In this document: piece by piece, positions 7,509-11,019 of the stretch
How positions within the stretch are numbered: the stretch's first letter is position 1
Layout: every line of letters starts with the position of its first letter
NCBI GenBank assembly: GCA_048938895.1
Contig: JBHLLU010000096.1
Span: forward strand, 1-11,019
Reading direction: 5' to 3'
DNA from: Promethearchaeota archaeon
GTDB lineage: Archaea; Asgardarchaeota; Lokiarchaeia; Sigyniarchaeales; SOKP01
Length of the DNA stretch: 11,019 nucleotides
Notes under the pieces: model-generated
The model's database searches: none
Told to the model about the DNA's origin: nothing
Seen by the model: only the letters and a program-made list of their open reading frames with translations
Made by a program: the position numbers and the translations under genes

Positions 7509-7624
7509 ATGATTCCTGTCTATCACCCTGGATTTTTGTCTTTTGGTAGTGTTAGCAATAACACTCTTGAAACTAACCCTAAACTATTTTAGCTTCTTTT
7601 TTGAAGCCGATTGACGGGAATCAT
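7509..7624 (+). ncRNA. Putative structured ncRNA, copy B
   Basis: ATGATTCCTGTC (7509-7520) pairs with GACGGGAATCAT (7613-7624), with one U-G wobble. Core CACCCTGGATTTTTGTCT is identical to copy A. Internal hairpins are AGTGTTA-GCAA-TAACACT (GNRA loop, 7548-7565) and GCTTC-T6-GAAGC (7592-7607). It lies between convergent genes. Confidence 0.62.
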
Positions 7625-7694
7625 TCTATATCCTAAACAAAATTATATTATAATAATTAGATTTAGATGGAGGTTTATACACTATTTAATACAT

Positions 7695-8153
7695 CTAAAC
7701 CTCACCAAAGTAGGAATATAAGACAAAAATTATCAAAGTAATAACAGAGATAAAAAAAATCCATAAACAAAGTAATGTAAAGAATTCATAAAACAGATTG
7801 ATTGTTAAAATTGGCTCTCTTAATACTAAAATAACTATTAGAGAACATATAGCGGCTATCACGACCTGAGTTACCAGAGCTTTTAAGATCTTGGTTCTAT
7901 CCTCAACTTTCTTGTCTTCTATAACATCTCTTAGAGTAATATAGATTGAAAGCGTAGGAAAAAACATCAACGCATAAGGAATAAAAGAAAGAAGATTTGA
8001 GAAGTAGATAACCGCAATAAATTCAATATTTTGATTGACTATAGCTGTAATTAATGATATTAATCCAGAAATAACAAAAATAATCCATATAAATAAGAGA
8101 ATAGGAACAGCGATATGTTGTACATATTCTTTTGATGAAACATCGAGAGCCAT
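7695..8153 (-). CDS. Hypothetical integral membrane protein (about 4 TM helices)
   Basis: 152-aa ORF with ATG start and four hydrophobic segments. Confidence 0.72.
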   Translation of the reverse strand: MALDVSSKEYVQHIAVPILLFIWIIFVISGLISLITAIVNQNIEFIAVIYFSNLLSFIPYALMFFPTLSIYITLRDVIEDKKVEDRTKILKALVTQVVIAAICSLIVILVLREPILTINLFYEFFTLLCLWIFFISVITLIIFVLYSYFGEV

Positions 8154-8294
8154 CGTCTATCTAGAATAAAAAAGTTTGATATAAATAAATATCGAAATTT
8201 TCCGTGCTTAGATATTTTATTCTTAGTGAATTCTATCAATTTATAATAGATCAAGAATTTGATTATTTTATTTGTAATCTTGAATTAGCGATAG

Positions 8295-8528
8295 TTGAAG
8301 GAGGGGATATTTACAATAAGTATTGAGGATATAAGAATCGAAAAGCTGAAACAGAAGATTAAAAGATTCAATGGTTTAATGCATGAAATCTCTCAAGAAT
8401 TCACTTTAATTTATCATGAAGGGAAAGAGGAAGTGTTTCAAGATATGGTTCTAGATATGATCCAATCGTTAGAAAAGGCTAAGGAAATGGTAAAGAGAGT
8501 TAATAATTTAGTCTTAGGTAAAAATTAG
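8295..8528 (+). CDS. Hypothetical small alpha-helical/coiled-coil protein (start uncertain)
   Basis: 77-aa charged helical ORF with purine-rich, coding-like composition. The annotated start is TTG. Confidence 0.6.
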   Translation: MKEGIFTISIEDIRIEKLKQKIKRFNGLMHEISQEFTLIYHEGKEEVFQDMVLDMIQSLEKAKEMVKRVNNLVLGKN

Positions 8529-8779
8529 AAGTAATTGATGAATATTTTTTGAAACTAATAGTGCCTTTATAGATTTTAGTCGGTATAATTCAATAATTGC
8601 ATTGTCTATTTTCTCATTTTTCATAGGAATAAAATGAAAATCATCACGATCTTCTGTCAGATTATCTTTTCAATTCTGTCCCATGAATAAAAAGACAAAA
8701 TTGAGCCCAAATTTCACAAAGATTTAAAAATGCATATTTATCGTTGCATTATGATAATAAGATACATAATTGTCAGATC

Positions 8780-9274
8780 ATGAAAAAGAGTCTAACAGGG
8801 TTAATAATAATTATTATTGGTATAACTGCAGTAGCAACTCCGTTATCTTTAATTCCGAGAGAAACTACACAAGATAAATTATCAAATCCTAATGATTTAC
8901 CCAATAAGGAGGATCCAAATAATAATAATAAGGATAAAGATATTTTAGAAGCATGCGTTGATATTAATCCAAATACCTTAAATTTTAAAAGTAATGGGAA
9001 ATGGATAACTATTTTTATACATTTCTCAAATGAAAAAGATATCAATACCGTTCAATTTGAATCAATTAAAGTCAATGATAGTATATTTGCAGACAAAGCT
9101 ATTATAGAAATTGGAGAAGGAAATGAATTTGATAAGTTAATTGTCAAATTTGACCGAAAGTCAGTGATTAATTTTCTTGAACCTGCTGAGGTTGTTGAAA
9201 TAACCATATCGGGGAAATTTAATGATGGAGTCAAATTTAAAGGGGAAGACTCTATCAACCTAATTAATTACTAA
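8780..9274 (+). CDS. Hypothetical N-terminally anchored or secreted protein with a PxTLNxKSxGKWIT...KFDR...FxGxD domain
   Basis: Likely start is ATG at 8780 (MKKSLTGLIIIIIGITAVA). An N/D/P-rich linker is followed by a beta-rich module that I recall from the C-termini of microbial surface proteins. Confidence 0.78.
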   Translation: MKKSLTGLIIIIIGITAVATPLSLIPRETTQDKLSNPNDLPNKEDPNNNNKDKDILEACVDINPNTLNFKSNGKWITIFIHFSNEKDINTVQFESIKVNDSIFADKAIIEIGEGNEFDKLIVKFDRKSVINFLEPAEVVEITISGKFNDGVKFKGEDSINLINY

Positions 9275-9278
9275 CTTC

Positions 9279-9287
9279 TTTTTTTTT
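9279..9287 (+). terminator. Oligo-T tract, putative terminator
   Basis: T9 run 4 nt after the stop at 9274, between convergent genes. Confidence 0.5.
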
Positions 9288-9313
9288 AATAATCACGGGG
9301 TTTATTTTAGATA

Positions 9314-9547
9314 TTATTCATTAAGTCGATGTTTTGGAGGATTGGGGATTTTAACCTTTCTAATTATTAGAAATCCAAGGAGGAGAAAAACTAGATCAAA
9401 TCCAATATCTTTCACATACATAATAGATCCCGTAAACCCAATAGATATGCGAAACACTAAGGCACTGACACTATATGAAATTGAAATTATCCCAAAACTA
9501 AATAAAATTATCCCAAAAAAATAAGTTAAATCCGTTTTTTTCTTCAT
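9314..9547 (-). CDS. Small hypothetical 2-TM membrane protein
   Basis: ATG at 9547 (MKKKTDLTYFFGIILF...), with an alternative GTG at 9556. Two hydrophobic helices and a basic tail. Confidence 0.6.
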   Translation of the reverse strand: MKKKTDLTYFFGIILFSFGIISISYSVSALVFRISIGFTGSIMYVKDIGFDLVFLLLGFLIIRKVKIPNPPKHRLNE

Positions 9548-9780
9548 GTATTCCACTCATGTCCATAATTATGTCTTTAGTTATTAGTATGAATTTTTAG
9601 TATTTAATAGATCTCCTCTCATTATGTGAAACATGATGATAATCCGAATATTAATTAGACTAATCATAAATATTCTCAAGCAATGGGTCTTAATTTGGTT
9701 TAAGGAAAGAATTATAGCAAATGATTAAATAACTTAAAATCGTGCAAGTCCTTTGTCTTGATACCGATGAAAATACCCCG

Positions 9781-11019
9781 TTAATTAAAATACGTAATTT
9801 TCCCTTTTTTCGCTAAGATTTTACCATCCTTAATAACATAAAGGAAATTTGTAGGATCCTTAAGAATAGAGAGATCTTCAATGGGGTTTCTATTACATAT
9901 TACCAAATCTGCAAGTTTTCCTGCTTCTATCGATCCTATATTATTATCCATTTTAATCGCTTTTGAAGCCTGGAATGTTGCTGCTTGAAGTGCTTGGGTG
10001 GGAGTCATACTTATGTCTTCCACCATATTAATAATTTCAAGTGCAGTAGTACCATGAGGATTACCGGGCGTTCCAGCGTCAGTTCCGATTGCAAGAGGCA
10101 CTCCCTTTTCAAATGCCAATTTATGATTGATATTCATTTCCTGTACGACTTCTTCAATTTTAACTTTTACTTCAGGGGGTAATTCTTTCAAAATGTCAGG
10201 TTTTTTAATACCTAAAGCCGCTGTGTGAGTTGGTATTAAGAAAGTTTGTTTTTTACTCATTAGATCAATAGTTTCTTCATCTATAAGAGTTCCATGTTCA
10301 ATGGTATCAATGTTTGCTTTTACAGCTTTATAAATTCCCTCATTTCCATGAGCATGACATGCAACATGCATTTCAAGTCTATGAGCTTCCTCTGTCATAG
10401 CTAACAATTCTTCATCCAAAAATAAACTTGTCTCAACCTTAGATGTTATTCCATGTAATACTCCTCCAGTAGTAATAGTTTTTATAAAATTCGCTCCAGA
10501 TCGTTTTCTATCCCGAACAGCATGTTTTATACCATTTACTCCTGTTTTTACTTCAGTTAATTTTGCATAATACTCTATTACTTCCGTAGGCCCAATTGCT
10601 TCTTGATTACCCCATTGAGAAATCGGAAGATTTGCTATAATTAATCGAGGTCCTGCTAAAGCACCACTATCGAAAATTCTTCGCAATGAAGGCGCCCAGT
10701 CAGGTAAACTCCCACAATCTCTCAAACATGTAAAACCATTAATCAAATGTCTTTGTGCATTTTGTAAAGCATAGTAATGCCACATTGCTTTTGTGGTCCT
10801 GAGGTATTTCCTCTCAGTATCTGGTTCTGCAGTGCTATCAAGATGAACATGACAATCAATCATCCCGGGGATTATCGTATTTCCCTTAACATCAATAATT
10901 TTATCATTTGATTCTTCTTCAAAAGTATCATCTTCTCCACACCATACAATTTTGTTATTAAGAATTGCAATTGATTGATTTTTTTTTACAATCCCTTTCA
11001 CAGAATCAAAAAGATCTCC
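9781..11019 (-). CDS. Metal-dependent amidohydrolase (Xaa-Pro dipeptidase-like), 5' end outside the window
   Basis: PGMIDCHVH, GFTCLRDCG, FIK (position of the carbamylated Lys), HAHG, IEHG, GTDAG, GSIEAGKLADLV. The frame stays open to the window edge (GDLFDSVKG...). Confidence 0.92.
   Translation of the reverse strand, partial: GDLFDSVKGIVKKNQSIAILNNKIVWCGEDDTFEEESNDKIIDVKGNTIIPGMIDCHVHLDSTAEPDTERKYLRTTKAMWHYYALQNAQRHLINGFTCLRDCGSLPDWAPSLRRIFDSGALAGPRLIIANLPISQWGNQEAIGPTEVIEYYAKLTEVKTGVNGIKHAVRDRKRSGANFIKTITTGGVLHGITSKVETSLFLDEELLAMTEEAHRLEMHVACHAHGNEGIYKAVKANIDTIEHGTLIDEETIDLMSKKQTFLIPTHTAALGIKKPDILKELPPEVKVKIEEVVQEMNINHKLAFEKGVPLAIGTDAGTPGNPHGTTALEIINMVEDISMTPTQALQAATFQASKAIKMDNNIGSIEAGKLADLVICNRNPIEDLSILKDPTNFLYVIKDGKILAKKGKITYFN

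Noticed and set aside
7509-7592. Short ORF MIPVYHPGFLSFGSVSNNTLETNPKLF in copy B, similar to PVKHPGFLSLGK in copy A
   Set aside because: All differences in the shared core are non-synonymous while synonymous positions are unchanged. Copy A has no ATG at the equivalent position and stops early. Conservation is better explained at the RNA or DNA level.
7509-7624. SECIS, Y RNA or self-cleaving ribozyme interpretation
   Set aside because: The AUGA is Watson-Crick paired rather than in a GA quartet, and no selenoprotein is adjacent. UUGAC is present but the GGUCCGA bulged-C Ro site is absent. I see no hammerhead or HDV core.
9619-9639. Hairpin TCATTATGT-GAA-ACATGATGA containing a C-box word (ATGATGA)
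   Set aside because: No D box (CTGA) occurs at a suitable distance. An isolated AT-rich palindrome is not enough for a call.
8060-10182. ORFs 8060-8254, 8773-9045, 9052-9258, 9342-9524 and 9985-10182
   Set aside because: They overlap better-supported genes, either antisense or out of frame.

Overview
Low-GC window that is most likely from an Asgard archaeon of the Lokiarchaeia type. This is inferred from a Rab-like small GTPase, a tungsten AOR-family enzyme, archaeal TATA boxes and oligo-T terminators, and many orphan membrane proteins. Coding content: a truncated MalY/PatB PLP enzyme, a class I SAM methyltransferase, an aldehyde:ferredoxin oxidoreductase, a cupin, a Rab-like GTPase, a DNRLRE-like/TM/zinc-ribbon membrane protein, a truncated amidohydrolase, and several hypothetical membrane or secreted proteins. 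The most notable signal is non-coding. Two intergenic copies of one structured element (4002-4086 minus; 7509-7624 plus) share a 29/32-nt core, have long terminal stems whose outer sequences differ but still pair, and sit 20-21 nt downstream of a TATA-like box. Both carry GAUUUUUG, matching the eukaryotic snRNA Sm-site core. One copy also contains CUAACCCUAA, a telomerase-template-like word. Further hairpin clusters and an unannotated 29-aa ORF lie in the intergenic regions. All functional interpretations of these elements are inference.
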